DNA of 64,000 nt from Obrimoposthia wandeli (Eukaryota): assembly GCA_977020255.1 (NCBI GenBank), contig CDROCS010001058.1, positions 124,001 through 188,000 of the forward strand. Direction: 5' to 3'. Shown piece by piece: positions 34,509-49,300 of the stretch. Each line of letters starts with the position of its first letter. The stretch's first letter is position 1. The translations under genes and the position numbers were made by a program. The notes under the pieces were generated by a model. The model saw only the letters and a program-made list of their open reading frames with translations. It was not told the origin of the DNA and searched no databases.

Positions 34509-37500
34509 GGAATTCCGTAAAGCTGTGTGCTTCTCACACAACAATTCTTTTTAATAGACTTCTCGGGATTTTTCACCGACTGACAATTTTCTCACTGTTC
34601 CACTTATTTACAGATTTACTGTCATTGCATATACAATTTCCTTCTTGGGCCTTTCTACACAAATTCAACTCCCATACATACTCTCACATTCCACACGATC
34701 TCCTCTAGGTCCCAAATTATTTATTTTTTTAATTTTCTAATTTTAAAAAATATTTTTTTAATTCTTTAATTTAATTTATTTCGACCTCTAATTCAAGGTT
34801 CAACATTCCTCAATATTATTATTTTAACTTATTTCAATTTCCTAACTCTAACATGAGCAATGTCTGAATTTTTTCACATTTGTCTTTACATTTGCAGTTT
34901 TTACTCGATAACATGGTGTGGCTTATATTATGGAATATAAAAGTTTTGGCAATGAAAACACTCTAATTATTCGGAACTTAATTAACGTGGTGCGGCTAGT
35001 AGCGCGAAATCAGGGTAATTCATCTGCAACAGTTTCTGGAGTACCATTAATCGTTTTTTTTCTCGTATTCTTCCATTAAATCTGGAGACAACTTAATTTA
35101 TAGTTTATTCCAATTTATTTTATCCCTTATCTTATATAAACTTCCAAATATAAAATTGTTTATACTTAATAAAATTATCTCAAATATTTAGACACTATCC
35201 AGATTTCTTTACATTAAATAATATTAATGAAAAATAATAGTCACAAAAAGAAAGTCAAAAGAGACTTTTTTTAATATTTGTTAGGAGAAGGACCTAATCC
35301 AGTTTATGCTATAGGATCCTTTTTCTTTCTACCGTCGTCTATCCTGTATCTCCACTTTTCTGTTTCATTCAACTGCGACCGCGACATAATGATTCTGGTT
35401 AAGGATCTTCTTGTGAAGGTCTCTCTTCGTTATATATTTTTTCGGATATTTTCAGCTATCCACGCCATGAACTCCTTCATTTGCTGAAATTCCATTTTAT
35501 AAATAAGGAAATGAAAAATAAAATTTTAAATAATTTTAATCCAATTATTTTAAATAAAAGGATATATTTTTTTTATTTCTTTAATATACTTTAAGTAATC
35601 AATAAGTTACAATTTAATTATATGAGATGAAAAAATCTATACTTTACAAGAAATATGTACCAAAGTAATTTTATACAAAAATAGTATTTATCAAATTAAA
35701 AAAAAGTTAATAAACTAAAGCTAAATATATATATTTAACAAGCAATGCTTTTTTTATTTTAAAATAAATATAACTTTAAAAAGCACATTTAAATATTTTT
35801 TATATGATAATTTTATTGAAAAACTCAATACAAAAAATGAAAAAAAGAAAAACTAGAGGTTACTTCTTAAAAATTAAGTATTTCCTAAAACATTTCACGG
35901 AGTCATCATTGGGATCATCCTCATCAATATCCCTCCGACTTTGTGGGTGACGTTTTTGAGGAACCAGCTGCTGCTTCTTCGGGCAGTGCGGCTTCTTCTT
36001 CGGCTGTATAACTAGCAGTTGGCGTGCAGTAATTACCGTCCCAGGCAGCTTTGACAAGATTTTCCTTGACTTTTTGGGATGTGCTGCAGTTGAAGTAGAT
36101 ATGCCAGTCGATGAAGTTGACAGCAGAGGTATTAAATCTACAGGCTTCTTCTTATTTAGGCCTCGTTTTTTCTTCTACATTGGCTCCTTCTCCCGCTCCA
36201 CCTGCCGTGTCACTGCATCCTGTTACCGGTTAAAAACAGGTCACATGACTGTAGGTTGTGGCTGTGAGTGTGGAGTCTTGAATTCTGTCAAGAAATCCTC
36301 CAACCCAGCATCGAGCCAGGCCCTTTTTCAAGTTCTGGTTTGTTGATGCCACTGGAGGAAGTGATGTTTTGGAATCTTCTTACGCTCGCACCAAGTTTTG
36401 GCTCAGGATTGATTGCTACTGCATAACTGGTGACGGAATATATAAATTGACCAGTTTTGTACCCTGCAGATGAAACTGGCTTGCTTGAGAAGTAATCTTG
36501 ATAGGAGCAACTGGGATACTCTCGTACAATATCAGCGCATCGTCCACCGATGAAGAAGGTTTCTCCTGCAGTACCAACGGTACTTGTGCAGTCGCCAGTA
36601 AATTGGTGGTCACCTTCCTATTTTTTTCTGCTTGGACACCAGCGCTTCCTGCTAGCATCTTGGTGCGATAGGAGTAACCTCTCCCAGCAATTCCTGATCT
36701 TGTTCCTACATAAAAAAAATATAAATAACTTTTTTTAAATATATAGATAAATTACCTCTATTAATGGCAGTTTTGTGTGTTTCGACAACTTCAACTTCTG
36801 GCTTCTGACGGTTTTCATCTTCACCTTGTGCCTCCTTAATGTTTGCACTACTGCTAGTTTCCGATCCGCTGGTATGACAGGAGCAGCTTATCCCAGCACT
36901 TTCTTCTTGTCCTGCACCTGGTCAGGTTCATACATGAATAAAGAAAAATAAATATATGAGTTCTGTAGTGATAGGGTTTACAGATGGATGTGGCCTACCT
37001 GTTCGTGTCCTACTTAATTTTAGTCTCAATCTGAAGGTTTTGTGTTTTATTGTCTTGTGGTGTGTTCAAGAAGTTGTGTTCACAGAATAGCTAGTAGGGC
37101 CCCAAAGCTAGTGTGGTGTGATGTAACGCAGGGTGGATAGTCTATCAGCTGAGTTTGCTTTTTATGTTGGAAGGGTCAGGCAACAAGAAGACCGAATATC
37201 GATGAATCAGAGCCGGGACCCATCGACGTAGACAATACTCTTCTGAATCTGTCAGCACGTGGAATATTGTCTCTTTGGTTGTCCTTCAGCTAATCTATAT
37301 GTTAGGGGCACACGAATTTCACAAAAAATTTAACTCGGAATGAATCTTCTATCGATTTTGCTAAAATAACTATATTTAAGTTAGCACACTTAAAACTTCC
37401 TAAAATTTTTACAGAATACACAATAGGGTTGACACTTTTATATGCGTATACTTTTATACGCCTTCTGCTTTAAACACCCTTCAAATTATTCCCCGTGCCT

Positions 37501-37560
37501 TTCTACGCGTCTATCTAACTCTTTAATTTAATATGTTTTTGCCGACTTATTCAATAACGT

Positions 37561-37785
37561 CGTTTTACTCTAAATGTACTTAAAATTCAACGTATTTTAC
37601 TTGAAATATACTTAAATTTTCTATTCGTCTTTTATTCAAAATGTACTTAAAATTCAATTATTCTTTACTCAAAAATGTACTTAAAAATTCAACTCGTCTT
37701 TACTCAAAAATGTACTTAGAAATTCAATTCTTCTTTAATCAAAAAAGTACTTAAAATTAAATTCATCTTTACTTAAAATGTACTA
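37561..37785. repeat. Degenerate tandem repeat, ~7 x 32-33 bp
   Basis: Unit approximately CTTTACTCAAAAATGTACTTAAAATTCAATT. Confidence 0.85.
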
Positions 37786-38836
37786 TATGTAAGTTGCGTT
37801 TTTTGTTCACCAGTTCAATTTAAATATCAGTAGTTCCGAATTTTCAAATTTGAATATCTGTAGTTCCGAATTTTTCTGCTATTCTGATATTTTTCTGCAA
37901 TAACTGAGAATTAATTTCTCTTTATATATCAAATTTACTCACCTCTCACTTCTTGCGGTCTCTGAAAATGGGAGATGGCGGCTGCATCTCGAAGTATTCC
38001 TGTCTGAGTGCTTCTTCGCAAACTAATGGATGCACAGTATTCCTGACTGAGTGCTTTTTTACGAAATAATGGAGTCTGGGTGCTTTTTCACAAACTAATG
38101 GAGTCTGCGTTCCGCGACTAATAGGTTCCAGTTCTTCTTACTTAACTAAATCCCAACTTCCTTTTTGAAATCGACTCATCCTTCCCCACTAGATTTATCT
38201 TCCTAGACCCCTTCTCGCACTGTTCTACTCATTCCACTCACATTTCCCCACGACCCTTTCAAGGTCCTAATTTATTTTAATTCGATATTTATTCTAAAAT
38301 TAATTTATTTTTTATTTAAATTCATTTCAACCTTTGATTTTAAGGTTAAAATTTTTTAATATAAATAATTATTTTATTTATCTTATTCAATTTTCCTTAA
38401 TCTAACATAATTAAGCTAATATTATTATAGGACGCAAGATATCGCAGCTAAGTCCTCGGTAATTCTGGTTGCATTGGTTGGTGATAATGTAAGGTTCTAG
38501 CAATCTATCCATTATTTTTGATGTTTTTTTCCAATCCACGCCATAAGTTCTTTCATTTGTTGGAATGCTATTTGAAATAAATAATAAAATGAAAATAATA
38601 TTGAACTAATTTATATAAATTTCGAAATAATTTTTATCACATTATGTTCTATTAAAAAAAAAATTAAAAAAGTAAAATTTTTACTATTTGTATTTTTAAC
38701 ATACAACTAAAGTATACTTTAGTAATTAAATAAATACATTTATTGATATCAGACAAATAAATTATTTACAAGATGTATGTAAAAAACTATGTAATTATTA
38801 TAGTTATGAATTCAAAAATCATAAATATCCTACCGG

Positions 38837-39919
38837 CAATATTTGTTTATGAATTAGTATTTAAATCTGTAAAATATACATTATGTTGTGGAATCTAACT
38901 TTTGAATTATGTCTACGATAGAAAACATAACGTGCGACTACACCGAGATAAATGTAGTTACGAGAAATAAAGTAAAGAAAAATCTTCTCAAGACTATGCC
39001 AAAAGAGCAAAGAATTATGTTTCAGTACAACATAAGAAATATATTAGAACAAGTTCGAAGGAAGGTGAAAAATGGATAAAGATCTATGAGAGTGAGTCAA
39101 CGCAAATAAGACCAATATCGGGGAAGCATTTGATTTGCTGATGTCTGATGAAGATGAATTATTATGAAAGGATGCCAGTGAAGAGGTAAATTCAGAAATT
39201 AAAGTCAAAAATGGTTCGAAAAAAATTTCTTAGAAATCTATAGTTGACAAAGTTTGCGAACTCGCAAAGGTGAAGCAAGTAGAACGTTTCTAGGCGTTCA
39301 GTATCAAAGTTAAAATATTCAATAGGCCATGATTTTAAACAATGTTAGCAAACATGAGCTGACTGACGCTTTTATTAAAGATAGAGTAAGAAGTAAAAAA
39401 CTGAAGGAACAATTCATATTAAAACCGTATATGTAAAAAAATGAAGTGTTGGTAAAGGTTTATAGCAAAAGTGAGAAAAAGGAAAACCGAGATCACACAA
39501 GTTCAGAATACATTAAAAATAGAATACAACTGTTCAGACAATCGTCCTCATTTTTAAAATAATACGAAGAAACATCTAGTACCAGCACATCACAAAGAAA
39601 GAAGATATGATAATTAAGAAAAAATATACATTAAATATAGATGCACAAAATTAAAATAATATAAGACCAGTTTGAAGGCCCATATATAATAATATAATTT
39701 CTGAGTTCACGACAGTTATCAATTCAGTTTCCAAAGGTAATCCTACCCAGGATAGTCGAATGGCTGAAGAAGTTTGAATAGTGAAAGGGATAGTTATGTA
39801 ATCAGAAACCAGAAATGTCTTACTGAAAATATTTGTTTATGAATTCATATTTAAACCTTATTAACATAAGTTCTGTTGTGGAATCTAAATTTTGAATGAT
39901 GTCTACAATAGAAAACATA
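38837..39919. repeat. Pair of ~90-bp diverged direct repeats (38837-38929 and 39828-39919)
   Basis: AATATTTGTTTATGAATT...TGTTGTGGAATCTAA..TTTGAAT.ATGTCTAC.ATAGAAAACATA is present twice, about 990 bp apart. Confidence 0.7.
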
Positions 39920-40343
39920 CCTATAGTTATTTGTCAAGTTGAACGTTATAAGAATTATTTTATTCCTTTCTGGAAATACAGAGATTAATATTAAGTATTA
40001 GTTATAAAATAATTTTAAAGTAAAAATGATTATTTTTATTTTAACAATATAATGTATATTTATTACAAATATAATTTGTTTATATAAATAAACTAATTTT
40101 AATGTTTCAAAAAAGGTTTTTCAAATAAATTTTTGAAATAATTATATTTCAGTAGCTTTATAAATAATATATTTTTAGATTATTTAAACATACCTTTAAA
40201 TAGTGCAAATATTTAACATCATATTTCTTAATATTTAAAGTTTAATTTTATCTAGAATCAATTAATTAAAATCATATTACAATATTTTTGCTTTAAACTA
40301 TATAACTTTTATTTCAAGTTGTTTATTTTTTGCAGTATTAGTT

Positions 40344-43300
40344 ATGAAGCAGACTACATTGTTTGAAAATAAAGTAGAAATAATTAAATCGAAATTAGAT
40401 AGTGATCTTTCATTAAATGATTCTGGTCCTATACTGAAGAAAATTACATATAAGCCGACTGATAATGATTCAGAGAAATTAGAAGGATTTGATTCTTCTC
40501 ACCAAAAATGGATTTATCCAGTCAATTATCCCATAAGAGATTATCAATTACAGATAGTTCAGCAATGTTTATATAAAAACACACTAGTTTGTTTACCTAC
40601 TGGTCTTGGGAAGACATTTATATCGTTAGTAGTAATGTATAACTTTTATCGCTGGTATCCTAAAGGTAAACTGGTATTTGTGGCTCCGACAAAGCCTCTA
40701 GTGAAGCAGCAAATGATTGCCTGTAGACAATGTGTACCAATAATCAAACAAGATATCACAGAAATGACTGGAAGTATACATCAAACTGTGAGGTATGTAT
40801 TAAATTGTATTTTATATTCGTTAAATAAATCTTCCCTTATCTTGATTTAATTACTATTTAATAGATATGCAAAAGTGTTTGGGTTTGGTTACATAATATA
40901 TTATTTTCGAATTTAAATAAGTTTGAAACTATATCTTCCTTCTAAGTTGACATTATTAGGATTCACTCTATATGGAGTCAATATGATTAAACATTTTTAA
41001 AATCGTCATGGTTATTCTTCCACAATCATTAGAATATAGCTACAAAACAATGAATATGTGTGATTGTCACAAATTCGGAATTGCACTAAAACAAAATGTT
41101 TTCTATGAATAATTAATTAAACTAATATTTACACCCAGATTTTCGATATACAAGGAATCTATAAGAAATTAATCAAAAAGTATACAATTACTTCATAAAA
41201 ATGAAGTCCTTTTCTCAATTATCATCTTATTTTCTTTGAACTTTCTTAAACTCTTTCCTTATATGCTTAAATTGAAAGCGAAAATCCCTATAGTTTTTTC
41301 TGCAACTGTTATTCTTTTAAACCTGTTATTATCTCTACGAAACCTTTGCTATATGAAATTTATTGTAGCTGTTGTACTGATTTCGATCTGGATTTCATTT
41401 GAGATACAGATATCTGAAGGAATTCACAACAAATCTTATTCACTGCAATTCTTAATTACAATTTATTTACATTAATTTTTTAAAATTTACACTTCTATTC
41501 ACAAAATATTATTAAAAAAACCTGATATACCGTATTATTTCTAATAAATGCCTCTCTAGAAATGTGTAAACGATACTAAACGCCTTACCTTCATAAACGA
41601 TATCCCTAAATCGATTATATATGGATATGAAATTATAGATAGTCAATTTTTATGGTATTGTAATAAATAACATTACAACCAAACAAATAATATCTTTAGT
41701 GAAGACATGTGTAATCACCACCGGAACTTGATGGTTCAGATGGGCACAAAATTAAATGTTTTAGATGAGGTGAGAATAAGTTTGGGTTCACTGAATGAAA
41801 ACAGAAGCGCAGCATCTGTAACTATCACATCACCTGAAGCGAATAATGAAACGGAAGATAAAGTTTATGACGTAGAAGCGAGTGATACGGTAGACGGCCC
41901 AACATAAGATGTTTCATGTGATTCATTGATTGTAGGCAGGTGGCTAGGTATTTATACTAAATATGCATGTTTTATTCATACAATTTTGTAATTATATTCT
42001 GATGGACACAGATATATTTATCTTATTGCAATTTTTGTCATATTTTCTAAATTGGTTTTATTTATTAATGGTTCGAACTTTGAAAACATTTGTAAAAAAT
42101 CATACTCCAGAGCGAACTTGTGGATCTACAAGCGGGTGTTCTTTTTGACAGCACAAGTACTAGCCAATGATTTGGCGAATCGTATTTGTCCTGGTCGTGA
42201 TCTCGTGTTCCTAGTTCTGGATGAAGCCCATAAAGCAACAGGAAACCATGCTTACTGTGAGGTGGTACGTAATTTGACTGGGCCGCTCTACAACAACCGT
42301 CAGTTTCGTGTCATTGGCCTCAGCGCCACACCAGGAAATGATCTTGAAACTATACAAGAGGTCAGTATCATGTAATGGTTGCGAATAAAATATGAAAATT
42401 CATAAAATTGAAAGTTGAAATTACATTAATAAAATCGCTTTTCCAGTTGATAAACATCCGCATGTCGTGTAGAAAATTGTACCTTAAGTTTCAAATTCCA
42501 GTCTTTTTACCATATCTTAGTCACTTTATTTTCTTTGTTATCTTAAATGTCGATTTATAGATTTAATATTTTAGTCCTGGAAAGAAACCGAAAAGGTTTG
42601 TTAAACTTTTTTAAAATTATTTTTAACCGTATTGTATGAAATTATCATTTACGAATTTTTCATTCCTTGAAAAATGTTGCTGCTCATCCTTGAACATTTA
42701 TTTTTCAGGAGTCTTTGAAACAATCTTAATGCAGTAATTATGGATAAATATATTTTATTTTTCTGTTTAAAGGAGACATCGGTAAAGTAGAAGAGCTTAA
42801 ATGCTAGTTGAATATGGCCTAATAATTTTTGTTCATATCATAATATGTTATACAGATTTCCTCATTGAGTACTTTTTTTCGTTTATTGATTTATTTACAA
42901 GAAAATCTACTTATATTTATTTTGATATGTATTGTCCACAATCGAATTGTTAACAAAAGTCAATGACTTTGTGCATAAAGTAATCATATAAATTTAGAAA
43001 GCTTTCAAGTGTTTTGGTATATTGCAGTTTGTGGGTTGTGATTCTCATATCCTTTCTCTCTCAATATTAAGTTTATTAAAATATATTAAAAATAAACATT
43101 CAGAGTCATTTTCAAGGATTCATTTTACTCAAAAATAATCAAGATGTTGTTTAATTATCATATATAAATTTAATCTACTAAATTTAAGCATATTTTATAA
43201 AATATGCTAAATGCGCGTCCAGGTGATACAGAACCTGCTAATTAGCCACATCGAGCTGCGCACGGATGAGTGCAAAGACATTCAGGCCTATTCACACGAG

Positions 43301-46300
43301 CGCTTGGTGCAGAAGATAGTTGTGCCCGTGGGCACAGCCGTATTACAGGCCATCAACAAAATCACTGTCCTGGCGGCCCCCATAATTGCCAGACTGCGAG
43401 CAAGCGGCTTAATTCATCCCACTGGGTCTATAACCAAGTACGGCCTGTTGACACAGAAGCAGCAGCTCCGTCAGCAGCCAGGGCTGCTCGTGACTCAGAG
43501 AGCTTACACCGACTTTGCCCAGGCCATAACGTTGTACCATGCTGCGGAGTTGACAGAGCAGCACGGTCTGCGGCCGTTGGCGCTGTTTCTGGGCGGAGCT
43601 GTACCCTCAGACGCGGCATCAGGGATGTTGCACATGCTGGAACTTATGCAGAACCCTGACTTCGCGGACTTTGTCAGCCAGCTACAGTCCGAGTACACGT
43701 CAGCCGGCTCGATTGCCAGACCCTTTGTGGGTGGCCACCCTAAACTGGATAAGCTGCGGGAGATAGTCCTCGACCATTTCCAGAAGGTGACAGAGAACAT
43801 TTACTACGCTATTGTTTTAGCATGTTCTACAGTTTTTATTCTGTAATTAAACTCATAATATGTTCAGCTGTCCTTAACGAGCTATTTTAGCTCGAACAAG
43901 TGTATGGAAGTCCAACTAAATCAAAATTAACAGAGTACCAGCGAAAAATCTATAGTAGTTCTGTGTTGAATCTCATTAAAAAAAATTTAAGTAGAAGACT
44001 ATTTAAAGTTTTGATAAATGAACAGTACACTACATTTAAAGTATAAAGTATATCATTGTGCATTCGTCGTCATTTGCATTCGTTTTTAAAATTCAGTAAA
44101 TTTTGTTTCATAAATTGGATATTTTACGTGGAGATTACATCTAATATGATTTTTGTTATATGTACAGTATTACAAAATAACCCTATTAAGAGAGAAAATC
44201 TAAATTAACTTGTATTTAACTCTATATTAGACATTTTATTTTAAAAATTAAATCCTGGAAAATATCTTTATTTACAGTAATTTCTAGTAATGCTCAAATT
44301 ACATATATAAATTTAAAATTTGCAATACAAAAATATACTAATGAATGTGTAACTGGCTGAGAATTTTGTGTATTGAGTATTGCGTTCGTTAAAAAACAAT
44401 TGTACTTTTTTTAAAAATAAATATAAAATTCTTTCACTAAATAAAAGAAGTAAAATTAATTCTAAAAACGTAGTAAGTAATATAATTGTTTATTTTTATG
44501 TTAAGTAAAAATGTCGATGAAAATATTCTAAAATAAGTATTCGTTATTTAGAATCGAAGCGGATTCGTAGATCTCTACTGAATTCATCTCATACCTACTT
44601 TATTAGACAGATAAAGCCATGATTCTTCTTTCCAAAGATGGCTATCGCATCAAAGAAATGAAAATAGTCGAAGCATGTTTAGATTCACAGAGAACTCAAA
44701 TGGTATGCTGAATTTTTAAAAGCACATACATTATATTCCCGTTATAACAAACCACTAAGATACCAGTTGATTGGTTTGTTGAAATCTAAGGTTTGCAATA
44801 TCTTACTAAATTCTTAGAAAAAATAGTAAAATGACCTAGAAATTAGTTCGTTTAAATTAGTCATTATAACGGGATAATGGTGAAGCTATATCGTAATGAC
44901 TCATTTTAAAATTTAGAGACAATTTATAATCTTAGTTAAATCAATGCTCACTTGTGTATAAATTCATTTCTCTCGTGCAGTCAACGAACAGCGACACACG
45001 AGTGATTGTGTTTAGCCAGTTCCGCGACAGTGTGGAAGAGATACAATCCATGCTGGAAGCCGTGGGAGCACCGCTACGACCAGTGGGCTTCATGGGCAGT
45101 AGTGCCGGCAGACGCACCGCTCACAAGCCGCCCCCGCCCCCGCAGGTCAGAGTACTTCTGGGACTCTGGCTAGATATTTCTAATTAGAGCGTGTTCACAC
45201 ACTAATAAAGATAGAAACGTTACTGTGTTAGAATCTAACATTTTTTAAAATGTTATCAGTAAAAATTAGAATGTATCGATTCATTTTTTGAGAATTATTA
45301 TGTAATGTAACTGTCTTATCGATTTATTAAATTGTACAATGGTCTGTTTTGTCGAGCTTCAATGTCGAGTGACCGCTATATACTTTGTTTAGGAGCGGTT
45401 GCCCTCGAGGAAAAGTCGGCAAATGGCGGCCATCTCCATGTTCGCCAGCGGTACAGCCAACGTGCTAGTGTCGACATGTGTCGGGGAAGAAGGTCTGGAC
45501 GTGGGTGAGGTCGACCTCATTGTCTGCTTCGATGCGCAGCAGTCTCCAATCCGCCTAGTGCAGCGCCTGGGTCGAACTGGCAGAAAGAGGGATGGGCGCA
45601 TTGTGATGCTTCTCAGTGAGGGTCGTGAGGTGGGTATTCTTTGTCCGCCAATATTACATAGAATCTCCTTACATAGCTGTGGGAAACATATACATTGTGA
45701 TTCAAAATGACAATTTCAATTTCTGGTATTTCACGAACTACAGTTTGAATTCATGTACGAAAAATTATTTTTTGATGTCCAAACAAACTGTAATTAATGA
45801 ATTATTCGGAATTTAAATTGTAACCATTATTTTGAATCACTATGTACTTACAGTGTTTCATATTGAGTTATACATTTTAATTACATAATGTTACATTGCT
45901 TATTAAAATGCACCAACCATGTCTTTCTCATTAATGGCGATTAATTTTAATATTTTCTGTAGAATAAATTATTATGTACGACATTGTTTTGAGATGGTGT
46001 GAGTCAGAATTAGAAGCGATCTGAAAGTATCTCAGTCAACCGGAACATTAAAAAAATTATTTGGTAAAATCCTAATATATAATTTATTACTTTTATTTAT
46101 AAGTAATAAAATTATGTATTACTTGAGTTTAATTTTTCAATATTTTGCAAAATAGCAAAGTTAATTACTCCAAAAGAAATACAAAGTTAACTGAATAAAT
46201 GTTAAATGTGTAGATCAAAATTTAATAGCAATGCTGTTTGCAAAAACTGAATTGATTAAAAAAAGTTTATCAACTCTGGCCTATAAAGAATTAATAAATC

Positions 46301-49300
46301 CATAAGTGAGTCATGTATCTTGAAATGTTGAGGATTTCTGTCTTAATTAGCAAATATTTTCTAATTATCAAAAATATCTGAAAATGATCAATTTTTCGAC
46401 TTCTATTCACTAAAGCTGGGTTTAAATGCATGTAAATTTTTCGTGTCGGCCATATTAAGGTCATTTCTTGAATCACTACAGGTGTCGCACTATCACAAGA
46501 GCCTGAAGAAGAAGTCTATGATCCATTCGGCCTTATTCGAAGGTTATAAGCATCTGCAGTTCTATCCCAACAGTCCACGCATGATCCCACTCGGGTTAGA
46601 CCCTACTGTCAGTTATCAGACATTCTCAATACCAGCCTCTTGCTCCCAACCTCGTGTCACAGCAGTTGTCAGGTGAGAATACGCTTTGGGGACGTAATAT
46701 ATTATGATACAGTCCACTTCGTGAAATCCGGTCCACCGAATAGTTTATAAATTTATATAGTTAGTTTAGAATAGTAAAATATTGTAAATATATATCTAAA
46801 ATCATTAAAAACTGCACATTTAGACAAATTATTTAATTTTAGTTAAAGATTTTTACCCCAGATTCATTGAAGTATTATTATACCGAAAATCATAACATCT
46901 AAAGGTTGTTAGCTTTTCGATTTTAAATTTATTTAATAAAAAGAACAGCTGTCAATATTTTTTGAATAATTAATTAATTAATTATCAGTCTAATTATAAT
47001 TATTTTCCGAAAAAATTGGTGTTTTGAAAATAATCAAATTTAACCTTAGATCTTATGAAAATCTAAAAAAATAACAAACTCGATATTTTTCATTTTCAGT
47101 GTTGTAAAACTTCATTGAATTTATAGAGTTAGTTTAATGTTTTTCTCTTTAAAATACTTTTTTAATTGTATTGTTTATAAAATGTTTTTTTGTTTTAAAA
47201 TCACACTTAAAAATTGTTTTAAATTTTCTCTCCACATAATTGATTAAATATAAAACATTAAATTTGATTTTTTTTCTTACTATTTTCTTGTACAAATCTG
47301 TCTGTTATGTTCATCTCTTTTGAATCTTCCATATGTAATTTCCTCTTTATCAATACTTTCGGCCACTGATATGATCCTTATTTCATTTTTGCCCTAACCC
47401 GATCAATTATATTGATAAATTAATGTTTTCTTTATTTTTAGATGGTAAATCACTGGATATCATTTAATACTTTGTATTTGAAAATATAGATACTAATGGG
47501 TATAAAATGTTTGAGTAAATCGTAAGATAGTCTGATCCACACCTTATAGGAAAAAAAAATCACGCCCGAACCAAATGGAGCCTCTGGAGCCAGCAGTTCA
47601 GGATGCCATCTCGAAGTGGCCCCGTATTGGTCCTAGTCAGCTGCTCATGTGCGGACCGCTTTTTTCTCAAGTACCAGAAGAAGATCAACAGCCCACAGTG
47701 CCTCTGACTTCACGGTTTCGACTGAGTCGCTACAAGACTCCCATGTACCGCCTGACTCCGGGTGGCCTGGGTCCTTCTGTTATCACGAAGAACCTGACCT
47801 CTGTTTTGCGACTAGGCGAGGATCATCGGCGCGGCTCCATTAACATACTATTTCGCTTTTCTTCTGCCGTCAACCAGCACTATAGTAGCCAGTCAGACTC
47901 GGACTGCGTCAGCCAGCATAGCCTCGACTCATTCTCACTCTCCCCGGCCCGCTCAACCTCGTCTCTGGACCGCATGGTCAAAGAGCTCGCCGATCACGGA
48001 CCCGACCTAGCAGAAACCGTCCTTCAACACTTTGACAACAACTCCGACTCTGCTGAGTCCCCGTCACTCGACCATGTCTCCCTCCAAGGCAGCTTTGACT
48101 TTGACTTTGTCGAAGATGACGACTTCACTACTGACAGCATACCGGCTGCTATTGCTCAGTTGTCTACCGAACCACTACAACTTGCTTCATCGACATCCTC
48201 CACGTCGCTTCCCAAGTCCAATATTCTATTGCTCAAACGATTTCAAACTCCCTTCACCTCCAAGCGTCTATCTTCTTTTAGTGTGCCCATTTCAGCTGCC
48301 ACTCCCAAACTGTCTCAATCCTCAAGACATCAACAGCTACTCAGCAACTTCCATAGTGGGCGCCGCAACTCTGTTTCCTCTGTAGTCCAGTGCAATCTCA
48401 ATATCGACATCAGCACAGATCTATTTTCAGATAATGACTTCGACAGTTTGTTCAATGACAGCGAAAGCAACACAAACCTCCCTGAGCCACAGGTCCATAT
48501 CGCCACTGCTTGTTTGTCAGACGAGGATCTATTCTCCGACAATGAATTTGAGTTTCTGGTAGACTCACAGCTGAATTCTCAGAGTGATTCGGCAGGTATA
48601 GGCAACAAGACTCATGCCGAGACGCCTCAAAAAGACGACCAGTTAAACATTTCCCCCGCTCTGATGAATGAATCTCAATTCGACTTAGATCATGTATCAG
48701 TTCGAATAGAAGCAGCTAATGAATCTACTCAAGTCACATCTCAAAAAAGTCCTCTGAACAAGTCGACTATAGCTTCAGCTCGACTGAATAAATCTCAACT
48801 CAATTTGTCCAATGATGTTTGTGCTCCATATGATGTGGACTCCGAACAGGAGTTGTCGCCGAGCTTCTTGTGCAGAGATGGTCATATCAAAGAAACTTCA
48901 CCCAGTCTCTATAGTGACGTGTCGGAGTCCTTTCTTGAGTTTAGGCCAATACAGACGACAGGTCTGGTCGATGATGATGGAGACGTAATCAGGGAGCTAG
49001 GTCTATTGGGTGAGTCCGTGGCTGAGCCGTACGAATTTGAGGTGAGTCGGCAGCATACCACAGCCAGTAACAATAGACGAAGAGGAGAGAAGAATGATAA
49101 AGGAGCTCGTGACTTCTTTTTGAGTCAAGCTGACGTCTCTTCCAGTTGTGATTCTAGCGATCAGGAAGAACATGGCAGAGGTGACAATGACGCGGTGGAC
49201 GACAGTTTCATTGACAATAGCGGCTGTTGGGATGCTGTTAACACGCAGATGCATGTGGTATATCTGCAGTCTTTGCGAGCTCCAGCTCTCACAACTTCCT

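Larger units (their letters stand above)
31740..36900 (-). mobile_element. Inverted, diverged partial copy of the Polinton left arm (multi-exon gene, small ORFs, acidic leader, pPolB N-terminus)
   Basis: Colinear homologs of 14400-15027, 15308-15615, 15750-15890, 17059-17948 and 17945-18880. Example: CKWYHRCLYGFRSELPFSKHLKLCTLNPDDN versus CKWCHRCLHGFRSELSYSKHLTLCSLNPDDN. Confidence 0.9.

Noticed and set aside
33849-37785. Short regularly spaced repeats as a CRISPR array
   Set aside because: Units are head-to-tail with no unique spacers, there are no cas genes, and the context is eukaryotic.
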